Assembly: GCA_003427395.1 (NCBI GenBank)
Contig: BFEA01000029.1
Span: 2,231,680 to 2,295,679, forward strand
Length of the DNA: 64,000 nucleotides
Direction of reading: 5' to 3'
Origin: Chara braunii
Taxonomy: Eukaryota > Plantae > Charophyceae
In this document: positions 48,724 through 61,969 of the stretch, piece by piece
How the letters are laid out: each line of letters opens with the position of its first letter
Numbering within the stretch: position 1 is the first letter of the stretch
Position numbers and translations under genes: made by a program
The notes under the pieces: model-generated
What the model was told of the DNA's origin: nothing
Databases searched by the model: none
Seen by the model: only the letters and a program-made list of their open reading frames with translations

Positions 48724-49718
48724 CGTGAAGGAGAGAATTCTCCATTTGCATCCAAGTCTCACAGATGGAGCGTCTGCAAATGTGCAAGGAACGGTGAAGA
48801 ATTTGGCTGAGAAAAGTCAAGCTCCTTTCATGGGAGCATATTATGTGACTTGGAGGTGTAAGCAGATGAACCATACCAGCACTGGTACATATCATTGTGG
48901 CAAATGGAAGATTTTCTTTTGTCGGCAAGAAGGTAAACAGTATAGCTGTTTGCCGGCTTTTCAGTTAGTAGTAGAGTGTGGGTGATTGGGTGATTTGGTG
49001 AGAGGAGTCGCATTCAATTGTGTTGTTTGATGGCAAGCGTACTCGATATGTAGAGGGCAAGGCTTGCCTATGCTACAAAGTTATGATGGGAGGGTTGTTG
49101 TATGTGTATCGTGGTATTTGGGGGTACCGGTCTCGATTTGTTTCACCCCTCGAGGCAACCAATTCTGTTTTGTTCCGGCGTTTTACGTGAAGGGACTTGG
49201 TTTGTAGTCTGAAACGAGCGGAGTCCTAAACTGGCAGAGCATCTTTCTTCTTTGTTCCTTTTGATTCTTATTTTGTTCCCTTCCTCTGGCCTCTGTACTT
49301 AGAGTCTAGAGCACCGCTTGCTATTGTGAAGATGTGGCCAGCTTATTGTGACAATACCCATATACACCCAGAAAACCTGACTGCAGACCTCGCAAGGAGC
49401 TTGCAGGGCTTTGATTTGCGCAACTGTTTTGGGCCAACCTCTGTAAATTCTGGTTTGAAAGTTTCATTCCTTTTGGCTAGTACATATATCGGTTCTAGTA
49501 CATAGGTCGGTTCTAGTACATAGATCGGTTCTTCGTGTTCCTTACCGCTTCACATAGATCATTTCTTCGTGTTCCTGACCGCTTCAGCGGAGGATGCATG
49601 GCCTGTGTTTTGATATTTGAACTGGCTGAATGGAGTTCTGAGCTTTCTTGCATGGGAATGGGGATATATCGTATTATAATACTATTATTGCTTGTTGCAT
49701 TTTGAAAGCATTGTTTTG

Positions 49719-49787
<69 letters not shown>

Positions 49788-52700
49788 GGAGGCAGTTGCT
49801 GGGGACTTGCCAGTGTTGTTCAGCGGAAGTGTATTATTTGAATTTATTTCGCTGTTCGACTTCTGGGTGCTGGACATCATATGCCGATATGGGATGTGTA
49901 GCATTGTGTACTTCTTTCCAGGTCATTGCGCCTGACACGATGTGCGTGTTTGACAATGTCTCTTAGGGACGTGCCCCAGTGTGTAGGATTCCGACTTTGT
50001 GGCTGCACAATTTCTGTGGAGTGGAGTTAACTCGTTCGTCGCACAATTTCCGTGGAGTGTATAACTCGTTCGTTCAACTTCATTGTAGATCTGTGATTGT
50101 CTGAAGGAATCTTTTTCTCTTTTCAGGCATTGGACAATTCAGACGGAATACGAACATGAATCGAGCCCGGTGTGTCTTTGAAAGTGGGGAGTTCCAAGGC
50201 TTCTCTGATTCAAAAAGAATGTTGCACATGAAAGAGAGTTGTGTCCGAAAATAGAATTACATGCCACAAATTCTTTTGTGGCACAGTCGTGCTTTTGTTC
50301 GTGGATTTGTGCACAGCGAACATGGCAACACACACACGTACAGGAAGTCCGAGGAAACAGTGGCACAATCGTGATTTTTACTTTTTTTTGTGCTGTGTAT
50401 AGGAATACGACAACGCACACGCACGTACAGACACATTGGTTTTATGGTTGGTATGGAGTTTTGTTGATACTGCTGTTCTTGCCAGTGGTCTTGGCCAAAG
50501 AGTCTGCTAGGCAGACTAGGGTTGGTGCGAGTAAACACTCGCCCTTATTCGTGAGTCAAATGCGTTTCTGGGGAGATTATCGGGGTTCGACATCCGGATG
50601 AGTCGGTGAGAGTCTGTTGAAATAATCCATCACACTCGCCATATTGTTGTCAAGTTGTGTTTAGCCAATACAGAACAAACAGGCACACAAACACACGGCT
50701 GTTGGGTTTGTGCACATCCTGCGCTCAAACACACGGCTGTTGGGTTTGTGCACATCCTGCGCTCAAATCCCACAGCAGTGATCTGGCTGTTTAACAAAAA
50801 CACCATAAATCTTCGACAATCTGAAAGGTGTAACGCTATGTCGGGACTTATTCCGACCGGATTCTGCGGTTTCGGATATCGGCTGTTTGATAGGCTGCAC
50901 ATTTGATGGATCCTATCCACTGCGCCCTGGAAAAGGCGAATGGAAGCACAGCCTGAGTCCTGGAAATTGCTAAGGCTTTGCGGCAATATTGGCCGAATAC
51001 AACTGGCCAAACAAAGGAAACTGGAGCTCGCTGAAAGTGTTTCCCGACAAATTGAACTGAAAACCACTGAAGTGGATCTCACGTGTTATAGCCAGGAAAG
51101 AAGATGCAAATGTGTAAGACCATGCTCTGCTTGAAGGCCTCAGTCCACTACTCAACATTGGACATGTATCTGCGTGTAAAGTGCAGGTATGCTCGAAACG
51201 ATCCAAAATTTGGAAAGTACCGTCTCACTGTGAGGTCCAGATGCATTTCTAATGTTCAGTAGTGGAGCGAGGCCTTTAGTCTTTTGGGCATTTTCATCGC
51301 ACTTTCCTTTCTGGACAGTCGGTGGGTTGACGTACACAATTCAACATTCAACACGCACCTGGATGTTTTTTGGGGCATATACCTCTGGATAGATCCACCC
51401 TTTCGAATGTATTGGGAACAGTACCAGGTCAGGATATACATTCAGAAGGTTGTGCAGTGGAGGGAGGCCGAGTACCAAGAGAGAGAGAACTTCACCCGCT
51501 TTGGGGCAGTTGAGCCTCTGCTCGGCATGGCCCAGAATGTAGAATAGTGAAATGGCGCGGCAATGGTTTTTTCCTCGTGGGCAGTGCCGAGCAGAGTTGA
51601 GGCTCAGTGCAAACTGGTGTGGAGAAGTGCACCCTCTCTCTGTGTCAGCATGCTTGTTCGTGGAGGGGTGAGCAGAGTTCCCTTCTCAATTTGTGGCAAA
51701 ATGAGACAGGGTCATGGTACTTACAGGCTGCGCCGGGCACTCTCTGTCAGAGAGGGGGCGAGAGAGAGAGAGAGATGGCGTCGTGGCGATGACGATCAAC
51801 ATTTTGGCTTAGTTCCCTCCTCATCAAGCTTATGGCAGACCGTCTGACTTTGGTTCATTTCATCATGCCATGCGCAGGAAGAGAAAGACAGAAGGCAGGG
51901 CATGAGGGAACATCGATAAATAGGGTGCAACATGCAAGGTAAGATTGCTGGCATCAAGAAGGTTGTGGAGGGGGAAAACATCGTCCTAAAAGTGATGTGA
52001 CGAGGATGTAAGTCGGGGACCCAATTCATCGCGGATTGGGAGGGGGGCGATCAGGGTGTGAGATTGAGTGGGAGGAGAAGGTAGGAATGTCAGCCAATCA
52101 GGGTGAGGATGTAGGAACCAACGACTGGCAGGGGGATGAAGGACAAGGCAACAAGGCAAGGAATGCGGGTCTTTTGTGCAACCAGTTTGCTAAACTCGTG
52201 TGCATGGGACGCTGAACCCCGTTTCCAGGGGTGTAGCTCACCACCAAGACAGGAGGCTGTTTTTTTGCAAGGCCTGAATGTGGATGGTTCATTTACCACC
52301 TCTCGGGTCGAGGCTATGCCCCTAGATGTTGGGAGGAAAAGAGAAGGTAGGCTGGTCATGGAGGAAGATCGGTACGAGGTAAGGAAAAAGAGATTTGGAG
52401 GGAGGAAGGCGGCCTCACCGTGGGGAGAGTGGAACAGGTTGCAAAGAAAGGAAAGAGCAGGAGAATGACGAAGGGCCTGAATGATGAGAGAGAGGATAAA
52501 AGTGGATATGCAGGCGACGGAGGAGAGCAATGAAGAAGAAAAGAAGTGGTAGACAGAGGAGGAGAGGAAGGGACATACCATATGCCCAGTAGCCATATAG
52601 AGTATTGGAGCAGTACGAGTTGGAAGAGGATCCCGATCGAGGAGACAAAGTGGTGGAGAAAGATGGGACGAGGGAAGCGAAGACACAGGACAAGGAGAGA

Positions 52701-53197
52701 AGAGGATGGGAAAAACGGATCGGGGGGGTGAAGATTGGCTGGAATCGAATAGGGAATGGATAAGGAAGAAAAGTGAACAGGTAGGGAAGAATGAGAGAAA
52801 GAGAGAGGAGGCCCAGATGCGCATTTGTTTTCTCCGAGCAGCACTGACGGTGTTTGTCCGTTCTGGTCGGTGTGGCTCTGAAAGGAAAAGGCAGGCGGAA
52901 CACAGTCAAGCTGCTTGCAAATGGGCGTGCTCAAGTGCAATCTCTTTCTCTGCCTCCCGCTCTGTCCCTGCGGTGTTGTCCCTGAAGACGCTGAGAATTC
53001 CGTCCACACTCAGCCCCAGAAAGGAAGCAGGTGAGTTCGGCGGGGCGTGGCGAAGTGCACCCTCTTTCCCTCTCCCCATCCCTCCCTCTTTCTCTGCCTC
53101 CATCCCTTACAGCGGTGTTGTGTGTGAAGAGGTGGAGAGTTCCATTCAGACTCGGCCCAAAAACAGGATGCATGGGTTTGCCTGGCATGTGCAAAGT

Positions 53198-53267
<70 letters not shown>

Positions 53268-53268
53268 N

Positions 53269-53315
<47 letters not shown>

Positions 53316-54230
53316 GCACGGCAACAGTGTGAGGAATGGCGGAAAAGGTGCCGAAAAGAGATCGCAAGGCAGGAAAGGGGCTCAGTGCGGAGGCAGGGGG
53401 ACGGGTTCCAAGGAAAGGAGAATGCAGAACAATGATGAAGGGACGGAATCGCGAGAAGGATAGGGTAAGCACCTCCTGGAGCAAGCGCGAGAGTGGACTG
53501 GTAAGAAAAGAATAGCAAGGGAATGGGAATGTGAACTGAAGTCCTGTCCTAGATGATTCTAAATGTAAGAACTAATGCGGAGAAAGAAAAAAAGAAAGAA
53601 AAAGAAAAGATGACGAAAGATTTGACTGTGTGATCATTTTTTCTGGGTCATTCTTTGTGTGCTGCTATGCTGTTGTATCTTGATGGCTGGTCCTGCTCCT
53701 GTCACTCTATTGCTGTGACGTCTATTTTTCTTTCTTTTTAATTTTAATTTTAATCATGTTTCTGCTGGTGGGCCCAGGTGGGGATGTTGCCAGACCAGTT
53801 GCGTCTGTCCTCTTTCATATTTTGCCCTCGCTGGCATTGTTGATGCCAACAACAAATGCTCATCAGCTCTATCTCCGAATCGGATCCAGAAATGATGATT
53901 GCATCACGATGTTTGTCAATTGTGCAACCAATCCAGTCAGTCGAGCATTCTTCTGGCTCATCAAGATAATGAATGTATTGATTTCAGTCTGTAAAAGGAG
54001 CGAGTAAAATCAGTGAATGACATGGTGTTTTTTTCTGCATCTGTTTCTTCATGCACATGCATCATCAGATTTTTATTGGATTGGGTTGCCTTTTTTCTTT
54101 TCACCATTTTTGCAGGCATCATTCCTCTGATGTTTATGCAGCAGTTGATTTGTTGATTTTAATTCTGTGTTCCGTGCTGGTCGACTGGAGCTTTCAAAAG
54201 TTGTTGACATGATCGCTTGCGGCTTTTTAA

Positions 54231-54828
54231 CCACCACTCTACCCGACATTGTGAAAGTTGGGGGACCGGCAGCACATGTTCACGAGGGCTACTGGTAGCA
54301 TAGTGTGGAGACCATGTTAATGAGGGCTACTGGTAGCATAGTGTGGAGACCTGGCAGCCGCCACCACTTATTTCGTGGTTAAAATGAATTTTTTTTATTA
54401 TTTTTTTCCCCGGAAAGATCAGGGCCAAATCTACAGACCCTCCAATTTTCAGATTCTTTTATGAAAAATCGCTGAAATTGGGGTACGTTTTCGTTGGCCC
54501 ACAAGTAATAGAGTGGCAAAAATCAACAAGTAATAGAGTGGCAAAAATCAAGAATGAGACAAATCGGCGTGGCATTTATTTCACCGACTAAGAGTTTTTC
54601 AAAAATATATGTATATTATATTTCGTGGAAAGATCATCACGACCTAATCCACAGGATCTCAACTTTTCAGCTTTTTCCCCTTATTTTTTGGAGCGTGAAA
54701 AATCGCCAAAGTTGGCGAGTGAAAATTGCAGGACTGGACCCACCTGTGCCTCCTGGTTGGTGGCCCCCCTGAAGACCACCTCCAAACTCACCGGAATGCC
54801 ACTTTTTTGGTGGCGGGTAGAGTGGTGG
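54231..54828. mobile_element. TTAA-flanked non-autonomous TIR element
   Basis: Perfect 15-bp TIR CCACCACTCTACCCG/CGGGTAGAGTGGTGG with TTAA on both sides (one N at the right junction). Confidence 0.75.
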
Positions 54829-54980
54829 NTTAAAAATGTATATCCTTGAGCTGCCCCAAACTACAGCATATATAGGCATTCATGTGGAGAAGGGACTGTG
54901 GTGATTGTTTCAAACATACACCGGCACATGCACGCACACTCACCTGTCCATCGCCCTTAGATACCCACACATGCACCCTG

Positions 54981-55012
<32 letters not shown>

Positions 55013-57422
55013 TGGAGGGAGGTAATTCTGAGATACATTCTGTTCAATGGCCGACCCCCTGCGTGCCGAGTTTTCCCGAACCACCGTGACGTCATTTCGA
55101 CTTTGTTTTGCCTGGCGCTTCCAGCCATTGAGGTCTGATACCCCGAAGCCCGGAAGTTGCGGGTCGTTAACGATAACGACCCGTGGCCGATGTATGGACC
55201 AAGCACTGCTGGTTTAATAGAGATGTCGGTTGAGGTGAGTGCGATGGGGGAGAACTAAGAATTGCCACTCGGAGGTACTCCTTCAGCAAGGAGAAAGGTG
55301 TTGATCTCCATGTTCACAGTTCTTGGCAAAACACCCGGGCAATATCACAGGTACCTGCCGGGGCAATTAGCAAAACAGAGAAGAATACGATTGGATTTGG
55401 CCGGCGGCATAGTATCTTGTTTACTGACCCACTCTCTAGGCTCGATTATATTTGGAGAGAGAACTCAATCATATCTGGAGAGAGAAAGAAAGTCCCTCTC
55501 TCATTTTTCAATTGTAGTATCTTGTTTACTTACCCACTGGAGAGAGAACTCAATTATATCTGGAGAGAAATAAAGTTCATCTCTCATTTCTCAATCACAA
55601 GAGATGAAGATAAAGTCCAAAAAGCATCTTGAGGTTCAAATGAGCGTTGTAATCTCGCTATGTGCTGGAACACGTCGGAAGGTACGAAGTATGAAATCCT
55701 TCTTTTTAGCCAGTGACCTCGGAGCAGTTTGGTATCCTAAGAGACTTCATGCGAGAATTCTCCCAATCAATCAAAAAAAACTCTTATGCCTTTGGCCTTC
55801 CATACTTAGGGGCAAATTTGGTTATCGGTAGCATGACCCGCCTGACGATAGCAGTTATGGAGCTTACTGCTTACAAGTGAAATCTTCGTTTTTCAACTCC
55901 TTGTGTACAAATAAGCTAGGGCCAATTCGATGATCCCAGAAGCAAACTACTACCTCATTCATTTTGGAAAGGATATTAGCTGAGTTTTCTTTTCAAGTCC
56001 ACTCAATGTATATGGACCTTACGTTTTCAGATTATTTTGACAGTTATTCTGAGCACACAAAATCACCGAAGGCAGTTTACTAGCCCACCCCACGGCTGGT
56101 TGCGGGCATAAGTGTGTTAACTTCGAGGGGAGTGGTGTTTTAAGCCACTAGTACCTTGGCAACTGTCTTTTCAAACCTACCCACGGCCAGGTGCCGAGGC
56201 CAGTTTTTTTTAATTGTTTTTCTGGAAGAGGACAATCAGGGACATTCAGGCGGACTTTCTTTTGTAGGACACTGGCTGCTCGGTGCATAATTTTGGTGAA
56301 TTGTCCTCACCTTTTGGACGGTGTAGAACAAGTTTGTTGTTTGTGTACTGTTTGATGTTTGATGCTACAGTGGACCATGGCGATGGCAATGGTCAGAAGC
56401 AGCATGCGTGGTTATTGCAGAAGCAGCACGCATGCTACTGGTCATTGGAGTTGCCTGTGAGTTGTATTGTTGGTTCTCTGCAAGTGCCCCGAGCTACGAT
56501 CTCTTCATAGTGCATTGCTGTGGCACAGCACAGCACGCTCCCTTGCGCTTGCATGAGTGAGGGATTGTGCGCAACTCATGCAAGTGCGTGTGAGATCATA
56601 TATGTGTGTGTGTGCGTGTCTGTGTGTGTGTGTGTGTGTGAAAAAATTGACAAAAATTATACCCCATTGTGTACTCGTCAAGAGCTCCATCATCACAGTG
56701 GTACACCAGGCTCTGGTTGTGTCCAAACTATCGCTTTCTGCCGCCACTTCTCTGAAGTTACCCTATACATGAGTGGTTTGCCATGACCAGCTTTCCAGAG
56801 TCCTACATAGATTAATGGGCATGGGGGAGGTTGGAGGGCATACCACACGCAAACAGACATAACAGGCAAACCCCCCCCCCAAAAAAAAAGAAATCCCAAA
56901 AGAATGTCAAGACCAGGTGGAAAACAAGGCTGGAGAGCACGCGGGAGGCAGGAGGGAAGATGGCATACAAGCATGCCAAGCAGGCAAACCAGAAGAAAAA
57001 AAAAACAATTCCAAAGACCCAAAAAAATTAAAGTTGGTGAATGTTTTGTTGGAGGTGCACCATCTTATCAGGAGGTTGAGTCCTCGACAAGCTTTGGAAT
57101 GCCCATATTCATGGTTTGGGTCATGAACTGATCCTTGTTGAAGGCAGAGAAAAAAGATGGAAGCAATGTAAGTTGAAAGGCCAAAAAAAGAGGACGACAC
57201 ACAAAAGAAAGATGGAAGCAATGTAAATTGAAAGGCCAAAAAAAGAGGACGACACACAAAAGTGATTGTGTGAGTGTGGAGGAGAAAAAAAAGTCACCTC
57301 AATGTAATTCCCAGCAAGTTGCATTTTTTGCAAGTGGGATAATAAAGTGATACCAGGATAAAAACAGATCCACATCATATGGGAACCACAGAAAAACATT
57401 ACATCCTAAACATATGAAAGCA

Positions 57423-57578
57423 TAAGATGATTCATATATTAATTAATATCCCTTTTTCATCAATATTGCAAACATTGTGTTTGCACCTGGAGATGGTCCT
57501 TAAGATGGTCCATGTATTAATTAATATCCCTTATTCATCAATCCTGCAAACACTGTGTTTGCATTTGGAGATGGTCCG
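57423..57578 (+). repeat. ~78-bp tandem duplication
   Basis: taagatg.t.cat.tattaattaatatccc...tggagatggtcc occurs twice. Confidence 0.8.
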
Positions 57579-58470
57579 TCACAAGAACGAAAAGATGATA
57601 ATTTTTCAGCAAAATAGGTAGGAAAGGTAGAGAGCAATAAACAATATTGAAGAAGGGGAGGAGGGGAGATGGAAGAACGGAGAGGGGAGGGGAAAAAGAT
57701 GAAGGGATGTGCGGAGAAGAAAATGGTTTCAGAAAACAAGTGGTTATACTTGAATGATTGTGAAGCAATGCGTACATGGAAAAAGGAACTTGACGATATT
57801 TAAATTTTGCAAGTCAGCAATTGCTCAATGGTACAACTTGAACCATAACATACGATGGAACGAGTCTCATCCATACACATGAATCAACATGAACGAATAC
57901 CATGCTTAGCCATAAACCACAATTGCATTGATATTGTATATATGCTTTTTCCACCATGTCTCGTAACTTCCATGTGAAAAACATAGTAGCTAATTTACTT
58001 GAACCGGTCATCTTTGAACCTTAGTCGAAGTCGAAACGACATTTCTACTGCACCTCTCCATTATTTTTAGAGCTAGTAAACCTATTCCTACTCATGTCCC
58101 AACCACCCATCCAAATAGTTCTGCAATGTTTCGAAGAATTGCCACTTCAATAGGATACTGAAATAAGAAGCGAAAAAATCTACCAACGGCAACGAGTGAT
58201 AAATGCAAAAAGCTCCGAGGACTTTGCAAAAGCACGAAGAGCGGGCCTAGTTGTAGGATAATCACCCAATTGTTTTCCACATAAAAAGACTAAGGACTTC
58301 ATTACTCATCTCATCCCCAAAACAATATCTCCCAGTTGAAAAACCATGCAAATGAGAAATGTAAGGAGCAATGTGAGCGGAAAGGGAGGTAAGCAACGAG
58401 CTTGAGGAAGAGGATAATCAAAGATACTGTTAAAGGTAGGGTACGAGGATCGCGGACAAATGTTGTGCTA

Positions 58471-58800
58471 ACCCAATGTTGGACATGTGATGAGAAAAGC
58501 ATGCATTTTTTCAAGATTGTAGAGTGTTGTAGTTGCCACAACAAAACGATTGTTATAGCTTTCACAAAAGTAATCATAATTAAAGTTTCCAATGCGTATT
58601 CAAATAAGGGAGAAAACCTTGCCATCATGAAAATACATGTTGTTACCATAATAGTTACATGAATTAAAGTTGATACTAGGGTAGAACCTTCCGTAACACC
58701 CGCTAACCAAGTATAGAGTCTTATTTGTGCCGCTTTTTTTCCCTACAACTTTAATAAAGAGTAAACCACAAATAACAATTGGTGCATGAATTTTCGTAAT
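58471..58800 (-). pseudogene. nad5: Mitochondrial nad5 fragment (NUMT), middle part
   Basis: IHAPIVICGLLFIKVVGK / MVTTCIFMMARFSPLFEYALETLIMITF match [41 protein letters not shown]. Confidence 0.85.
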
Positions 58801-59369
58801 AATAAGATTTATAAGAAGACCTATTAGATCCGTATATCTGCCTGAGAGGTTGCATTGTCTTAAAGAAGAAGAAAAACTCACACGGAGCTTATCCGGAGGA
58901 AAGCGTTTGTTCGTCGACGGAATCTGGTTGATCCTCTTCGCTACCTGTAAGGATTAGTTTCCCTCCCCAACTATTATAAGGTTTCAAAGTTGTATATACT
59001 TCGTTCAAATCCACAAAACAATCAAATAATTAAGAAAATGGTTGAAGAAACATGTCAAAGTTATATAAGTCATAAAGGAGGTTTTTTAAGCAATTGGTAC
59101 CACATTTTTCATTCGGAAACGCATTTTCAACACTTTCAAAACTTATCACTGAAAGCCTTAGATAAACATAACATATTTGCAAGATGTCGCGCAATAAAAA
59201 AATAAAATAAAATGCTTTGAATGAATCTTTACAAAAGTATTACAAATTGTTTGGTGATAATGAATGCAAATTCAAACTTCATAATCGTACTTAAAGCTAA
59301 TCAATTACATGTCCCGATTGTGTGTTATATAGGTTCAAATGTTCCAAGAAAATTATAACAAAGATTTTA

Positions 59370-59678
59370 TTATCTTATCCGTGTGATAATGATTCCTTTA
59401 GTTACCGGGGATAACTTGTTTCAAATGTTTTTAAAATGGAAAAGTGTAGGTCTCACATCATATTTGTTAATTAATTTTTGGTTTACACCACTTCAAGTAA
59501 ATAAAGCATCTATTGAAGTAATGCTTATAAATTGAGTAGGTGATTTTGGATTGACTCTTGGTATTATGGGTTGTTTTGTTGTTTTTCAAACAATAGACTT
59601 TTTAACGATTTTTGTTTTTGTTAATGCCTATGTGTGAGAACCTTCTTTCATTTTCTTAATATGAAAATTTATGCACTA
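59370..59678 (+). pseudogene. nad5: Mitochondrial nad5 fragment (NUMT), preceding part
   Basis: [67 protein letters not shown]. Confidence 0.9.
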
Positions 59679-60009
59679 GCTTCTACGTGTGTTTTACTCT
59701 TTATTGGAGCAGTCTGCTATTTTCTCTTGAGAAAATTACCAAATAAAATCATAATATGTAGCTAATTTTGTCACACCATAAATAGATAAAACACACAAAA
59801 TTGAAATAAACTATTAACAAATAAAAAAATTACTGAAATACGTTGTTATTTTACTATTAATAATGGGGGGGGGGGGGGGGGGGGAAACGACGATCATTGA
59901 TACATATTTTTACTGAAATACGTTGTTATTTCATTAAGAAGATCATGAAGACTGATACTTGAGAATATATTGATGAAACAAACATAATGCGAACAGTTAT
60001 CGATGAGGA

Positions 60010-60345
60010 ACCTAGCTAACGCGTTAAACACTCCGCCTTGGAAATATGGTTGTAAGGTTTAAACTCAAAGGAATTGATGGGGGTATGCACAAGTGGTGGA
60101 GCATATGGTTTCATTTGATACAACTAGAAAAACCATACCATCCCTTGACTTATTAAATAAAACTCCTCGTAAGAGATGTACTTTGACTTCATACAGATGA
60201 TGCATGGTTGTTGTCAACTCATGTCGTGAGATATTGGGTTAAGTCTTATAACGAGCGCAACCGTTGTTTTGTGTTGCTAAGACATCGCACCTATGTGCTA
60301 CACTCACAAAAAACCGTCAGTGATATACTGGAGGAAGGTGGGGGG
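60010..60345 (+). pseudogene. rns: Degenerate organellar (mitochondrial-type) SSU rRNA fragment
   Basis: aaactcaaaggaattga.ggggg..tgcacaag.ggtggagcat, gggttaagtc...aacgagcgcaacc, cagtgatatactggaggaaggtgggg; many transitions. Confidence 0.88.
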
Positions 60346-60402
60346 TCAATCAATTCAAAACACAAAAATAATTAAACTGTAGTAAAAAAAAGGTTAAAAG
60401 AG

Positions 60403-60560
60403 TGTGAGTACTGTTAGAACATATTTAAAGGTGTCTGATATTTCAGGTGCAAAAATCGTACAATATATCAAAATTATGCATCATTTTAAAAAACAAAGAG
60501 CTATTATAGGTGATACTATAATGGTTTCTTTGAAACAAGCACGAATGGATCTCAACACTT
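60403..60560 (+). pseudogene. rpl14: Organellar (mitochondrial-type) rpl14 fragment
   Basis: RTYLKVSDISGAKIVQYIKIM..KQRAIIGDTIMVSLKQA resembles the uL14 N-terminus. Confidence 0.7.
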
Positions 60561-60606
60561 AGAAGGTGCTTAAAGCTGTTGTACTGGGAAAAAAAAAAAT
60601 CAACAA

Positions 60607-60840
60607 ACTTCTGTCTTTCTTTTACTAATTCATTTTTGTTTATGCTACTCACTTGTAGTTTAGTTTTGCTTTTATTGCATTTCGCCATCATAAATGGAGG
60701 TCATTTAATACGCAATGCTTGACAATTTTTTGTTCAAATGACTTATGAGATCCTTCTAAAATTAATCAATGAACAAATAAATGGTGTACCAGCAGTTAAA
60801 CAACGATTTTTTCCTTTCATCTTTGTCACTTTTACTCCTT
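60607..60840 (+). pseudogene. atp6: Mitochondrial atp6 fragment
   Basis: SFTNSFLFMLLTCSLVLLLLHF..GGHLIRNA/(fs)QFFVQMTYEILLKLINEQING...KQRFFPFIFVTFT. Confidence 0.85.
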
Positions 60841-60880
60841 AATAGAATAAAAACGTATTTTAGTAAAAACCAACAGTTAA

Positions 60881-61068
60881 ACCATCAGTACCTAGCGGTT
60901 GTTAAGGCCTGTGGCTCAGCCTGCCAGTAACGCGAACCTTGTCGAACCTTGAGCTATCGGTAGGTACCCAAAACAAAAAGAAAAATAAAAAATAAATAAA
61001 AAACAGACAATTCTTTTGCGGAGAAAAACAGGAAATTGAAAAACAAAGAAAGTCGTTTTGCAAGCGGG

Positions 61069-61139
<71 letters not shown>

Positions 61140-61199
61140 ATAATGAATCTTACCGCTTCTAGGCGGAAGATTCATTTGCAATTCGATGCATTTCAACAC

Positions 61200-61255
<56 letters not shown>

Positions 61256-61315
61256 AATCTTACCGCTTCCGCGCTGAAGATTCATTTGCAATTCGCTGCA
61301 TTTCAACACACAAAG

Positions 61316-61349
<34 letters not shown>

Positions 61350-61612
61350 GAGAGTTCTCTCTCTCATCTCCGGTGAGTTCAAAAGTATGATAAATGAGAA
61401 TGAATCTTTTATGTTTATCACAAAAGATTCATTCTCAGTTTGGATATTTTCGTGCATTCTATTTGTTGCAAAATGAGAATGAATCTCTCGTGTAAACACG
61501 TAAGATTCATTGTCATTTTTACAATTTCGTACGCACCCGGGCTGAGAGAGAGAGAGAAAAAAAAAAAAAAAGACCCGGCGATATATGCAGAGCCCTGCGC
61601 CAAACTCGGTGC

Positions 61613-61670
<58 letters not shown>

Positions 61671-61718
61671 GGAATGAAATAAATCGCGAAAGAATCTTTC
61701 GCCTGAAAGCGATAAGAT

Positions 61719-61759
<41 letters not shown>

Positions 61760-61969
61760 TGGAATGCAGCGAATCACGAAAGAATCTTCCGCCTGAAAGC
61801 GGTAAGATTCATCTCTCTCTCTGTTTCTCACGCGGAGAGATTTGTGTTTTTTTTTTTTTTTTTTTTTTTTTTTGAAANAAGCGACCTGACATTGGTTTGC
61901 CCGACCCCCGAAAGTTGTGGCATGTTAACGGCCGCGACTTCTAAAAAACAACGGGGAGGTACTGGTGGT
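60881..61969. mobile_element. TTAA-flanked foldback-like non-autonomous element
   Basis: TTAA|ACCATCAGTACCT ... AGGTACTGGTGGT|TTAA (12/13 TIR). Internal inverted modules gaatcttaccgctt..cggaagattc alternate with (GA)n/(TC)n. Confidence 0.75.

Noticed and set aside
50600-53500. Several 80-240-aa ORFs downstream of SGT1
   Set aside because: Low-complexity or purine-rich; no recognisable family or consistent exon structure.
56144-61969. 5.8-kb Pack-type TIR element carrying the NUMT
   Set aside because: The right TIR pairs better (12/13) with the nearer left end at 60881, leaving the NUMT outside.
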